A stretch of 64,000 nt of DNA from Chitinophaga pinensis (GTDB lineage Bacteria; Bacteroidota; Bacteroidia; UKL13-3): NCBI GenBank assembly GCA_945873755.1, contig CAMCEM010000001.1:19469-83468 (forward strand), written 5' to 3'. The notes beneath the pieces were generated by a model. It made no database searches, was not told where the DNA came from, and was given only the letters and a program-made list of their open reading frames with translations. The translations under genes and the position numbers were made by a program. This document shows, piece after piece, positions 27,583 through 36,237 of this stretch. How positions within the stretch are numbered: position 1 is the stretch's first letter; every line of letters starts with the position of its first letter.

Positions 27583-29046
27583 ATGGAAAAATATGAATTG
27601 AATAACAAAAAAGTTATAAACTCTTGGGCAATGTACGATTGGGCCAACTCGGTTTTTTCTTTAACAATAGCAACTGCTATTTTTCCAATTTATTTTAATA
27701 AAATGTGCAAAGTGGCCTCCGAATCGGCTGGTTTAACAGAAACAATTGATGGAAAGGTGCATTATTTTTTAAATTTTTTAGGTTTAAAAATTGCTGGAGC
27801 AGAATTGTATTCTTTTGTAGTTTCAGCAGGGTTTTTAATAGTAGCATTTTTAAGTCCGATACTTTCTGGCATAGCCGATTTTAAACAAAACAAGAAATTT
27901 TTTTTAAAAACATTTTGTTATATTGGTTCTGTTAGTTGTATAGGTATGTATTTTTTTACAGCAAATACTATTGGCTTAGGTGTTGTTTTATTTTTAATTA
28001 GTCTTGTTGGATTTGCTGGGAGTTTGGTTTTTTATAATGCATTTTTACCCGAAATAGCAAGTGAAGACATGCTTGACAAGGTAAGTGCCAAAGGCTTTTC
28101 AATGGGATATATTGGCTGTGTGATTTTATTAATAATAAACTTAATTACTATAATGGCTCCTCATTTATTTTTTCCTATAAATAGTAAAGTAATAGAACTA
28201 ATGACGAGTAACACCTCTCTCACATTAGAAATGGCAAACGAACAAGCCATAAGTTATTATGCAGGAATTGCCACACGGTTATCATTTGTGTCTGTTGGTT
28301 TATGGTGGGCGGGCTTTGCACAAATAATGTTTAAAAATGTACCAGAAATTCGTTCCAACAAAACCCACAGTGGCAATATTTTAAAAAAAGGTTTTAACGA
28401 ATTACAAAAAGTAGGAATTGAAATAAAAAAAACACCCATTATATTAAAATACTTATTGGGCTTTTTCTTTACTAGTATGGGTTTACAAACGGTTATGTAT
28501 GTAGCCAGTTTATATGGCGAAGAGGAATTACACCTTGATACAGTTGTATTAATAGGAACTATTTTAGTAATACAATTAATAGCTATTTTAGGAGCTTGGG
28601 CTTTTTCTAGGTTATCGAGTATTATAGGCAATATTTACACGCTAATAATTAATATAGTAATTTGGATAGTAATTTGTTTTTTGGCTTACACCATAAAAAA
28701 CACACCTGAATATTTCAATATTTTTGGTAACCAAGTTAAAAAAGTAGTCGTACATTTTATGGGTTTAGGAGTTTTGGTAGGGTTGGTTATGGGTGGCATT
28801 CAGTCAATGTTTAGAAGTACTTACGCCAAACTAATTCCTGAAAAAACCCACGACCATGCTTCTTACTTTAGCTTTTTTGATGTAAGTGAAAAGGTGGCAA
28901 TTGTTTTAGGTACTTTTAGTTATGGTTTGCTTAATAGAATAACCCTTAATATGAGGTTTTCGGTATTGGCATTAGCTACCTATTTTGTTATAGGTTTAGT
29001 GTTTATTGTTCAAATAAAAAATTTTAAAAGCTATAACCAAAAGTAA
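27583..29046 (+). CDS. MFS transporter, UMF1 (Atg22-like) family
   Basis: WAMYDWANSVFSLTI N-terminus and about 12 predicted TM helices. Confidence 0.75.
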   Translation: MEKYELNNKKVINSWAMYDWANSVFSLTIATAIFPIYFNKMCKVASESAGLTETIDGKVHYFLNFLGLKIAGAELYSFVVSAGFLIVAFLSPILSGIADFKQNKKFFLKTFCYIGSVSCIGMYFFTANTIGLGVVLFLISLVGFAGSLVFYNAFLPEIASEDMLDKVSAKGFSMGYIGCVILLIINLITIMAPHLFFPINSKVIELMTSNTSLTLEMANEQAISYYAGIATRLSFVSVGLWWAGFAQIMFKNVPEIRSNKTHSGNILKKGFNELQKVGIEIKKTPIILKYLLGFFFTSMGLQTVMYVASLYGEEELHLDTVVLIGTILVIQLIAILGAWAFSRLSSIIGNIYTLIINIVIWIVICFLAYTIKNTPEYFNIFGNQVKKVVVHFMGLGVLVGLVMGGIQSMFRSTYAKLIPEKTHDHASYFSFFDVSEKVAIVLGTFSYGLLNRITLNMRFSVLALATYFVIGLVFIVQIKNFKSYNQK

Positions 29047-29069
29047 AAAACACGATATTATTTTATAAA

Positions 29070-29789
29070 ATGAAAATAGACTTATTTATTCCATGTTTTA
29101 TAGATCAATTTAATCCGCAAACAGGATTTAATATGGTAAAAGTATTGGAAAAAGCGGGGTGTAAGGTTAACTATAATGTGGAACAAACTTGTTGCGGTTT
29201 GCCTGCTTTTAATGCCGGGCAGTGGAACGAGGCAAGGCAAGTAGGCGAAAAACTATTAAGCGAAGTAACACCCGATAGAAATTTTGTTTGTGCGTCATCG
29301 GCATGTACTGCAATGATTAGAAACTCGTACGATTTATTGTTTCAAAACTCATCCTATCACAATAAATTTAGGCAATTACAAAAGCGCACTTTTGAACTCA
29401 GCGAGTTTTTGGTAGACACAATGAAAGTAGAAAGCATAGGTTCTACTTATAGTGGGCAAGCAGTGTTTATGGATACTTGTACTGCCTTAAACGGATGCGG
29501 AATAAAACAACAACCAAGAAAATTGTTAAAACAAATAGAAGGGCTAGAAATAATAGAAATAGAAGGGCAAAATGAATGTTGCGGTTTTGGTGGAAGCTTT
29601 GCAGTTACCAATTCTGAATTATCGGTTCAAATGGGTAATAAAAAACTAGAATCCATTAAAGAAACTGGAGTTCAAAATATAATTTCAACCGATTATAGCT
29701 GCTTGATTCATTTAAAAAGTATTGCCGATAAAAAAGGAATGAACTTTAACTTTTTACACATTGCTGATGTATTGGCAAGTGGAATTTAG
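29070..29789 (+). CDS. (Fe-S)-binding CCG-domain oxidoreductase, LutA/GlcF-like
   Basis: Two CCG motifs (EQTCCGLPAF and NECCGFGGSF). 239 aa. Confidence 0.8.
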   Translation: MKIDLFIPCFIDQFNPQTGFNMVKVLEKAGCKVNYNVEQTCCGLPAFNAGQWNEARQVGEKLLSEVTPDRNFVCASSACTAMIRNSYDLLFQNSSYHNKFRQLQKRTFELSEFLVDTMKVESIGSTYSGQAVFMDTCTALNGCGIKQQPRKLLKQIEGLEIIEIEGQNECCGFGGSFAVTNSELSVQMGNKKLESIKETGVQNIISTDYSCLIHLKSIADKKGMNFNFLHIADVLASGI

Positions 29790-29852
29790 ATTTAAGATTA
29801 ATTCATACCAACGATATCGTATTTATTTCATTGCCACAGGTAATTAGTTTAA

Positions 29853-29945
29853 CGTTGTTGTGTTTCCCAACTGACAACAAATTTTCCCGCAGATTTTGCA
29901 GAAAAGCGCAGATACTGACTCAATGCCGTTGTTGTGTTTCCCAAC
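29853..29945. repeat. intergenic repeat: a 19-mer direct repeat flanking a CGCAGAT-type motif
   Basis: cgttgttgtgtttcccaac occurs at 29853-29871 and 29927-29945. Between them lies ttcccgcagattttgcagaaaagcgcagata. The first copy forms a ttgttgt...acaacaa hairpin. Confidence 0.85.
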
Positions 29946-30128
29946 CAACATTATTTTGCACCAACTTTCTCTATTAGAGAAGATATGAACTTTGGACAAA
30001 AAGCGATAACGCATATAAATTTCCCAATGATTGTTGAATTGTTATCTTTCAGTTTAAAACTTTGGAAATAGGAATAAATTCATATAATTGTACATTAAGT
30101 TAACAATTAAAAATCAAATTAATTAAAA

Positions 30129-31151
30129 ATGTCTTTTCTAGCAGGTCTTAGGTTTATTGTAAATACTTCTTTACTTAAAAACTATAGTAAAGGGGAGGAA
30201 CGTGAACTGACCCTTTCAAGAAGTAAAACACCATTACTTTTATATACCCCAACTAAGAAAGAAAAAGGGCTCATTATTTCCCTTACTGGCTTTTCTACAA
30301 GCGGATACCAAGATAAACGAATTGCAGTAGTGAACAATGCTTTTGTAAAATTGGGCTATCGAGTAATTACCCCCAAGATTAAAACCATAGATGACTTATT
30401 GATTCACCCTTCGGGTATTGATGAAATGAAAGAGGTCATTAGTCGAATTGCAGCTGATACATTGTTGAATCCAAATAAATTTTGTCCTGCTGTTTTTGCA
30501 CCTTCTTTCACAGCAGGCATTGCTGCTTTAGCAATTGCTGAAATGCCTGTAAACAGTGTATCTTCATTATGTTTAATTGGTGGTTTTTGTGACTTTGAAA
30601 CAACTATTCAGTTTGCTTTAACCAACGAAAAAAATGAAGATGATTATGGGATGCACATTCTAATGAAAAATTTTTTGAAATACGAAGTAGGGAATAATCC
30701 AAGATTAGAAGAATTGGTTCAAACCGCTATAGAAGATAATGGTTTAAAAAGAAAAGTTCCATTACTGCCAAGCCTTCTTGCTCAAACAGATTCAACCACA
30801 GCTGATTTGTATAATAAACTTAGATTTAACACCGAATTCAGAAGAGATTTAATTATGCAAGCTTGGACTAAAATACCTGATTTTGCCATTTGGGAAAACC
30901 GACTTGATTTATCGAAACATGCTTACAAAATTACATGTTCTATTACTATCATTCATGGGAAAGAAGATGTAGTAATACCCTCTTCAGAGTCTATAATGCT
31001 CAATTCTTTGCTTAAAGATAAAAACCCAAAAGTCCATTTAGAATTATCAAATTTGTTAGACCATGGAGACTTAAAAGTAGGATTTAAAATATTTAGTGAA
31101 ATAAACAAATTGGCAAAAGCCTTCAATTATTTTATTGTAAATATCAAATAA
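30129..31151 (+). CDS. putative alpha/beta-fold hydrolase (weak)
   Basis: 340 aa. The layout has a PSFTAG nucleophile-elbow-like segment and a late HG...D. Not a strong match. Confidence 0.4.
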   Translation: MSFLAGLRFIVNTSLLKNYSKGEERELTLSRSKTPLLLYTPTKKEKGLIISLTGFSTSGYQDKRIAVVNNAFVKLGYRVITPKIKTIDDLLIHPSGIDEMKEVISRIAADTLLNPNKFCPAVFAPSFTAGIAALAIAEMPVNSVSSLCLIGGFCDFETTIQFALTNEKNEDDYGMHILMKNFLKYEVGNNPRLEELVQTAIEDNGLKRKVPLLPSLLAQTDSTTADLYNKLRFNTEFRRDLIMQAWTKIPDFAIWENRLDLSKHAYKITCSITIIHGKEDVVIPSSESIMLNSLLKDKNPKVHLELSNLLDHGDLKVGFKIFSEINKLAKAFNYFIVNIK

Positions 31152-31180
31152 AATTAGCTACTTAATTGTTTGAGCTATGC

Positions 31181-31310
31181 AAAACGCAGCCACAGATTGC
31201 ACAGATTTATATTTTTACGCAAATAAATTCCCCTTTTTGAGGGGTGGTGGCAGGCCGGGGTGGATTTTTAGAAATTTCCCGCAGATTTCACAGATAAACG
31301 CAGATTTTTC
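31181..31310. repeat. CGCAGAT/CACAGAT-type intergenic repeats plus a short G-rich hairpin
   Basis: acgcagccacagattgcacagattt and ttcccgcagatttcacagataaacgcagattttt share the core, and the following tcaatgcc, with the element at 29885-29927. cccctttttgagggg lies between them. Confidence 0.8.
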
Positions 31311-31489
31311 AATGCCAACGCTAGCGTCTCGCTAGTGTTTCTATTATATTGCCTCCGGCAAATAGTAATAATATTGCCACGTCACTTTCCCTTTACTAAC
31401 AACTTTTTGGCTGTATATTTCAGAAATAAAAAAAGTTAGCCGATGTATTAGCAAGTATGGAATAGTTTGAAATTTTTTTCATAAAAAAA

Positions 31490-31517
31490 GCCCAACTGAA
31501 ATATTTTTCAGTTGGGC
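31490..31517. terminator. bidirectional stem-loop terminator
   Basis: gcccaactgaa-atattt-ttcagttgggc, flanked by an A-run on the left and a T-run on the right, 20 nt from the stop of the minus-strand OMP gene. Confidence 0.7.
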
Positions 31518-31537
31518 TTTTAAATAGGATTAAATAA

Positions 31538-32226
31538 TTAGTTACCCATGTAATAAAACAAACCTAAAGAAGGAGTTAAACCAGCTCCAATTGAAAACCC
31601 TCCATCGGAAGTTTCTCTTGTAGAAGCCGGGAATAAACCAGCAGCAGGAGATTCAGTTTTAGTTGTTGTCATATCATAACTTAGAATATTATTCAAACTA
31701 AAATCAATACCCCATTTTGGAGACACAAAATAAGTAAGACCGGGCGAAACAGCAATATTTATTAAAGTACCTGAAACTTTATCACCATCTTTAAATGCTG
31801 ATAGCCCATCATTATCCTTGTCGGTAAAAGAAAATGAGCCATAGTTCAATCCTGCTTGGGTATGCATGTATAAATTAGTGGTAATTTCTGAGTATTTTCT
31901 TGCAAACAAACCAACACCTAATGTAGAACCCATCACATTTTCTTTTTTAGTTCCATCAGTAGATGTTGCTGTTGACATATACATTGAACCTACATTTAAT
32001 GATAAGCCTACAGCCAAACCATCACTTAAAAAATAACCTACAGTTGGAGAAAAATTCCATTCAGTGTAACCAGGAGTTTTTAAATCGGGTGCTCCAGTAA
32101 CTTTTGTTGTCCCTTCTGATTTAATGTCAGCACCTAACCCCCCCCCCCGAACATTAATGAACCAGAAGCAATTTGTGCATTTGCAATTAATACTGTTCCT
32201 GCAACCATACTAGCTACAGCAAACAT
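31538..32226 (-). pseudogene. small outer-membrane beta-barrel (OmpA-beta-barrel/porin-family-like) gene interrupted at a poly-G tract
   Basis: The signal-peptide frame MFAVASMVAGTVLIANAQIASGSLMFGGGG* stops just after the G11 run. The downstream frame continues LGADIKSEGTTKVTGAPDLKTPGYTEWNFSPTVGYFLSDGLAVGLSLNVGS... into track ORF 31538-32017. G12 or G9 would fuse the two frames. Confidence 0.75.
32138..32148. repeat. homopolymer C11 (G11 on the coding strand)
   Basis: Counted directly: c at every position from 32138 to 32148. Confidence 0.95.
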
Positions 32227-32448
32227 TTTTGTAATTGTTTTTTCATATTGTTTTTTGTTTTAAAATGTAAATCAAATGTAGTAATTGTAATCAAATTGTC
32301 AAGTTTTCGAGCATTTTTTTATTAACTTGTTATTTAAATATGTTAAAAACGTTATCATATAGTTATTTATTCAATAGGTTTAAATCGGTTTTTATGGGAA
32401 ATTTATTTTTAATAATAATAATTAAAACCGCTTTATTGCATAAATATT

Positions 32449-33642
32449 ATGTCAAAAAAAAACATATCTATTATTGGTGGCGGTTCATCGGCATTAATGT
32501 TTGCAGCTATTATTAACACCAATAAGTTTAATGTTACTATTTATGAAAAAGGAAACAATGTTGGCAGAAAATTTTTAGTTGCAGGTGATGGAGGCTTAAA
32601 CCTAACCCACAGCGAAATTCCAGAAGAGTTTATTGTAAAATATACGCCTACTAAATTTATTAAACCATACTTTCAAAAATTTAATAACTATAACCTCATT
32701 AATTGGATTAATGATATTGGTATTGAAACTTTTGTGGGCTCAAGCAAACGGGTTTTTCCTTTAAAAGACATTAAACCAATTACCGTTTTAAATTGCATAA
32801 TTGATAAAATAAAAGCCAATCATGTAACAATAAAAACCATGCACGAATGGACAGGTTGGGATAATAATAACTTGGTTTTTAAATCACCTTTAGGACCAAT
32901 AAATTTAGGACCAGATTTCACCATTTTTGCTTTGGGAGGTGCCAGTTGGAGTGTAACTGGTTCTGATGGAAAGTGGTTAGGAATGTTTGCTGAAAAAGGA
33001 ATTAAAACCATTCCATTTCAAGCTTCTAATTGCGGCTTTCAAATAAATTGGTCCGAAAGTTTTATTAACGAAAATGAAGGTAATTTTTTAAAAAATATAT
33101 CCATATCTTGTGGCAGTTTAACCAAAAAAGGCGAACTTACTATTACAAAACTTGGGTTGGAAGGTGGCGCTATTTATGCCCTTAGCCACAAAATTAGAAC
33201 ACAGATAAATTCGCTGAATGAAGCAACTGTTTTTATTGATTTTAAACCAATAATAACCCAACAAGCTATTTTAAGAAAACTAAGCAATGAAAGTAAATCA
33301 ATAGCAGATATTTTAAGATTTGATTTAAACCTTACTCCAACTCAAATTGCATTAATAAAAGAATATACTTCAAAAGAAGAATACAATAACATAGAATTTA
33401 TAGCAGAAAAAATTAAAAATTTTCCACTTAAAATAATAGGAACAGCACCAATTGACGAAGCCATTTCAACAGTGGGTGGAATTGCTCTAAATGAAGTTAC
33501 TGAAAACTTAGAGCTAATTAAAATGTCGCATTCTTTTTGCATGGGCGAAATGCTTGATTGGGATGCACCAACAGGTGGTTATTTGCTACAAGCTAATTTT
33601 AGTATGGGTTTTTATTTGGCTGATTATTTTAATAATTTATAA
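32449..33642 (+). CDS. NAD(P)/FAD-dependent flavoprotein, HI0933/BaiN-like family
   Basis: ISIIGGGSSALMFAA dinucleotide-binding fold, and a C-terminal GEMLDWDAPTGGYLLQ typical of this family. Confidence 0.8.
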   Translation: MSKKNISIIGGGSSALMFAAIINTNKFNVTIYEKGNNVGRKFLVAGDGGLNLTHSEIPEEFIVKYTPTKFIKPYFQKFNNYNLINWINDIGIETFVGSSKRVFPLKDIKPITVLNCIIDKIKANHVTIKTMHEWTGWDNNNLVFKSPLGPINLGPDFTIFALGGASWSVTGSDGKWLGMFAEKGIKTIPFQASNCGFQINWSESFINENEGNFLKNISISCGSLTKKGELTITKLGLEGGAIYALSHKIRTQINSLNEATVFIDFKPIITQQAILRKLSNESKSIADILRFDLNLTPTQIALIKEYTSKEEYNNIEFIAEKIKNFPLKIIGTAPIDEAISTVGGIALNEVTENLELIKMSHSFCMGEMLDWDAPTGGYLLQANFSMGFYLADYFNNL

Positions 33643-33650
33643 CACAAAAA

Positions 33651-34178
33651 ATGGAAAATTTACCAATACCTAAACACTTAGAAAGTATTTTACAGCCGTT
33701 TGATAACAGCAATGAGAATGAAGTTACAGGCAAAATAACATGTAGCTGTGGCAGTGAAATATTTAAAATAAAAATAGTTGGGGATGATTCGTTTTTTGAT
33801 ATTGAAAAAGTTATAAAAGTTCAAGAAATTTTGGAACATTTTTATTTAATAGTTTATGTGGAGTGTATTAAATGCAGTAAAAACCATTTAATTTTTGATA
33901 AAGATTTCCATGGTTGGAATGGATTTATTTGTGAAAGTGCATCAAAACATTTAAAAAGGCCAAAATTAAAGGACTGGAATTGCCCAAAATGTAAGAATTC
34001 AAATCATTCAGTTTCTTTGACAATCCAGTCGGAAGGAAAAGATGACTTTAAGGAAGAAGCTGGAGATGAATTTGATAAAGATGATTGGGTAGAAGCGTTT
34101 TCTTGGATTACCATCAATTTAAGCTGCAAATCATGTAATGAAATAAATGAAGAATGGATTTCTTATGAAACCATGTAA
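33651..34178 (+). CDS. hypothetical cysteine-rich (double zinc-ribbon-like) protein
   Basis: Four Cys pairs: CSCG, CIKCS, CPKCK and CKSCN. It starts 8 nt after the flavoprotein gene. Confidence 0.5.
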   Translation: MENLPIPKHLESILQPFDNSNENEVTGKITCSCGSEIFKIKIVGDDSFFDIEKVIKVQEILEHFYLIVYVECIKCSKNHLIFDKDFHGWNGFICESASKHLKRPKLKDWNCPKCKNSNHSVSLTIQSEGKDDFKEEAGDEFDKDDWVEAFSWITINLSCKSCNEINEEWISYETM

Positions 34179-34263
34179 AATACATTAATTTTAACTCTAC
34201 TAACTCAACATTGATTAACAAAAAAAACAATCTTTATTTAACAGTCATGCTTTATCAATTAAT

Positions 34264-34271
34264 TATATTTG
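34264..34271 (+). promoter_or_regulatory. Bacteroidota -7 promoter box (TAnnTTTG)
   Basis: TATATTTG lies 4 nt upstream of the GTG start at 34276, so the transcript would be leaderless or nearly so. Confidence 0.35.
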
Positions 34272-34275
34272 CCTT

Positions 34276-35064
34276 GTGAAAAATAATATTCTATTCGTTT
34301 TATTAACGCTATTTTGTTTTAGTAGTTGCAGCCCTCAACGCTCTATTGGCAATACCAATTACAAAAACATAAAAATTAATAAAGATTCATTACAACTTCA
34401 TGATGATGTTGCTTTTAAAACCATTGCTCCTTATAAAATAAAGTTAGATAGTTTAATGAGTGAAGTGTTATGTTACAATAACCAAGACTTGAAAAAGGAT
34501 TTGCCTGAAGGAACGTTGGGCAATTTTGTTTGCGATGAATTGATGACATTTGCATACAAACAAATAAATTTTTTATCACTATCAAATAAACTAAATGCCA
34601 ATGTAGGTCCTAGATTTTGTGTTTATAATAATGGTGGTTTACGCGTTGGAAGCATTGCCAAAGGCAATATAACTGTAGGCAAAATATTTGAATTAGCTCC
34701 ATTCGACAACGAATTAGTGGTAGTAACATTAGAAGGTAAATATTGCAAACAATTGTTTGATTTAATGGCACAAAATAATGGCGCTCCTTGCTCTAAAGAA
34801 TTGAGGTTTGATATAGAAAACAATAAGGCTGTAAATATTACCATTAGTGGTCAACCATTTGATGAAAGTGCAGTTTATAATATTCTTACAAACGATTATG
34901 TGGCAAGCGGTGGCGATAAAACAGAACCAATGAAAAATGCTAAGTCAATTACATCGTTAAACTTAATGGTGCGCGAGGCATTGATCCAACAATTAAGAAA
35001 CAGAAATAAAAGTGCTCAACCAATTAATATACAATTAGATGGAAGAATTAAACAAATCAAATAG
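34276..35064 (+). CDS. 5'-nucleotidase C-terminal (substrate-binding) domain lipoprotein
   Basis: The signal ends in CFSSCSP. YNNGGLR...FELAPFDNELVV...TNDYVASGGDK matches the 5'-nucleotidase C domain. Confidence 0.75.
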   Translation: MKNNILFVLLTLFCFSSCSPQRSIGNTNYKNIKINKDSLQLHDDVAFKTIAPYKIKLDSLMSEVLCYNNQDLKKDLPEGTLGNFVCDELMTFAYKQINFLSLSNKLNANVGPRFCVYNNGGLRVGSIAKGNITVGKIFELAPFDNELVVVTLEGKYCKQLFDLMAQNNGAPCSKELRFDIENNKAVNITISGQPFDESAVYNILTNDYVASGGDKTEPMKNAKSITSLNLMVREALIQQLRNRNKSAQPINIQLDGRIKQIK

Positions 35065-35989
35065 ACGTGATTTTATAAAAAAATCGGGTGTTTTATTGGC
35101 AGGTTCTGCTTTTATGGCTTCGCCAATGAATCAATTAATGGCAGCTAATGATACCATTAAACTGACCATATTACACACCAACGATTGGCACAGTAGGATT
35201 GAACCATTTGATAAAACTGATAAAAACTATGCAGGCATGGGTGGGGCCGAAATAAGGGCTGCCTTAATAAATAAATACAGAAAAGAAAACGAACATGTTT
35301 TGTTGCTCGATTCGGGCGACATTTTTCAAGGAACTCCCTATTTTAATTTTTATGGAGGCGAGCTTGAATATAAATTGATGAGTCAAATGGGTTACGATTG
35401 TGTAACACTAGGAAACCACGATTTTGATAATGGAATAGAAGGTTTATTTAAACAAATGCCGCATGCTACTTTCGACTTTGTAAACTGTAATTACAATTTT
35501 AAAGACACGTTAATTGAAAACAAAGTATTGCCATATAAAATATATAAAAAGGGTGGTTTAAAAATTGGTGTTACGGGAGTTGGTATTGAACTAAGTGGAT
35601 TAGTTCCTGAAAAATTGTATGGGAAAATAAAATATAACAATCCTGTAGAAAGCGCAAATAAAGTAGCAGCATTTTTAAAGCAGGAAAAAAAATGTGATTT
35701 AGTAATTTGTTTATCGCATTTGGGACATAGTTATAAAGATAAAAAAATAAGCGATCTAACATTTGCACCCCAATCACGTAACATTAACTTAATATTGGGA
35801 GGCCACACACACACTTTTTTAACCGAACCAACCACTATAAAAAACGCAGAAAACAAAAATATTTTAATAAATCAGGTAGGTTGGGGAGGCCTTAGTTTAG
35901 GCAAAATTGATTATACTTTTAACAGCAAATTAACGAACAGTGTTATGCACACAGCTAGCAATGTTGATATATTAGATACAAGCATATAA
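35039..35989 (+). CDS. Tat-exported metallophosphoesterase (5'-nucleotidase N-terminal catalytic domain)
   Basis: SNRRDFIKKSGVLLAGSAF is a twin-arginine signal. HTNDWHS, DSGDIFQG and GNHDFD are metallophosphatase motifs. Confidence 0.8.
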   Translation: MEELNKSNRRDFIKKSGVLLAGSAFMASPMNQLMAANDTIKLTILHTNDWHSRIEPFDKTDKNYAGMGGAEIRAALINKYRKENEHVLLLDSGDIFQGTPYFNFYGGELEYKLMSQMGYDCVTLGNHDFDNGIEGLFKQMPHATFDFVNCNYNFKDTLIENKVLPYKIYKKGGLKIGVTGVGIELSGLVPEKLYGKIKYNNPVESANKVAAFLKQEKKCDLVICLSHLGHSYKDKKISDLTFAPQSRNINLILGGHTHTFLTEPTTIKNAENKNILINQVGWGGLSLGKIDYTFNSKLTNSVMHTASNVDILDTSI

Positions 35990-36237
35990 TGTTGAAAACC
36001 CTTTGTTTATGCGCCTTCACAACTATCTGGTTTTCATTTATAATCACTTTGATTATATATAAAGTAACACACAAATTGCAAACAAATAGGTTTTAAAAAT
36101 GCAACATAAAAATATTTAAAAAGTTTTTGTGACTATAAATCAGCACAAAAAAATTTTTAAGTAACAATTTGTTAATTAATGTTGAAAAAAACTTTTTTGT
36201 GTAAACTTTTTAACACACTTTTACACTCAGAAAAGGT

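Noticed and set aside
34276-35989. The overlapping pair 34276-35064 / 35039-35989, considered as a frameshifted single 5'-nucleotidase gene.
   Set aside because: The domain order is reversed relative to fused UshA-type enzymes, with the C-terminal domain gene coming first. Each ORF has its own export signal: a lipobox on the first and a twin-arginine signal on the second. They are two genuine genes.
35990-36237. oriC next to dnaA. I looked for clusters of DnaA boxes (TTATCCACA / TGTGGATAA) upstream of dnaA and downstream (37684-37994).
   Set aside because: By eye, only 9-mers with three or more mismatches are present (ttataatca, tgtgactat, tgtgtaaac), with no cluster. The regions are AT-rich, but that is true of every intergenic region here. 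A GC-skew and DnaA-box scan of the whole chromosome is needed before calling an origin.
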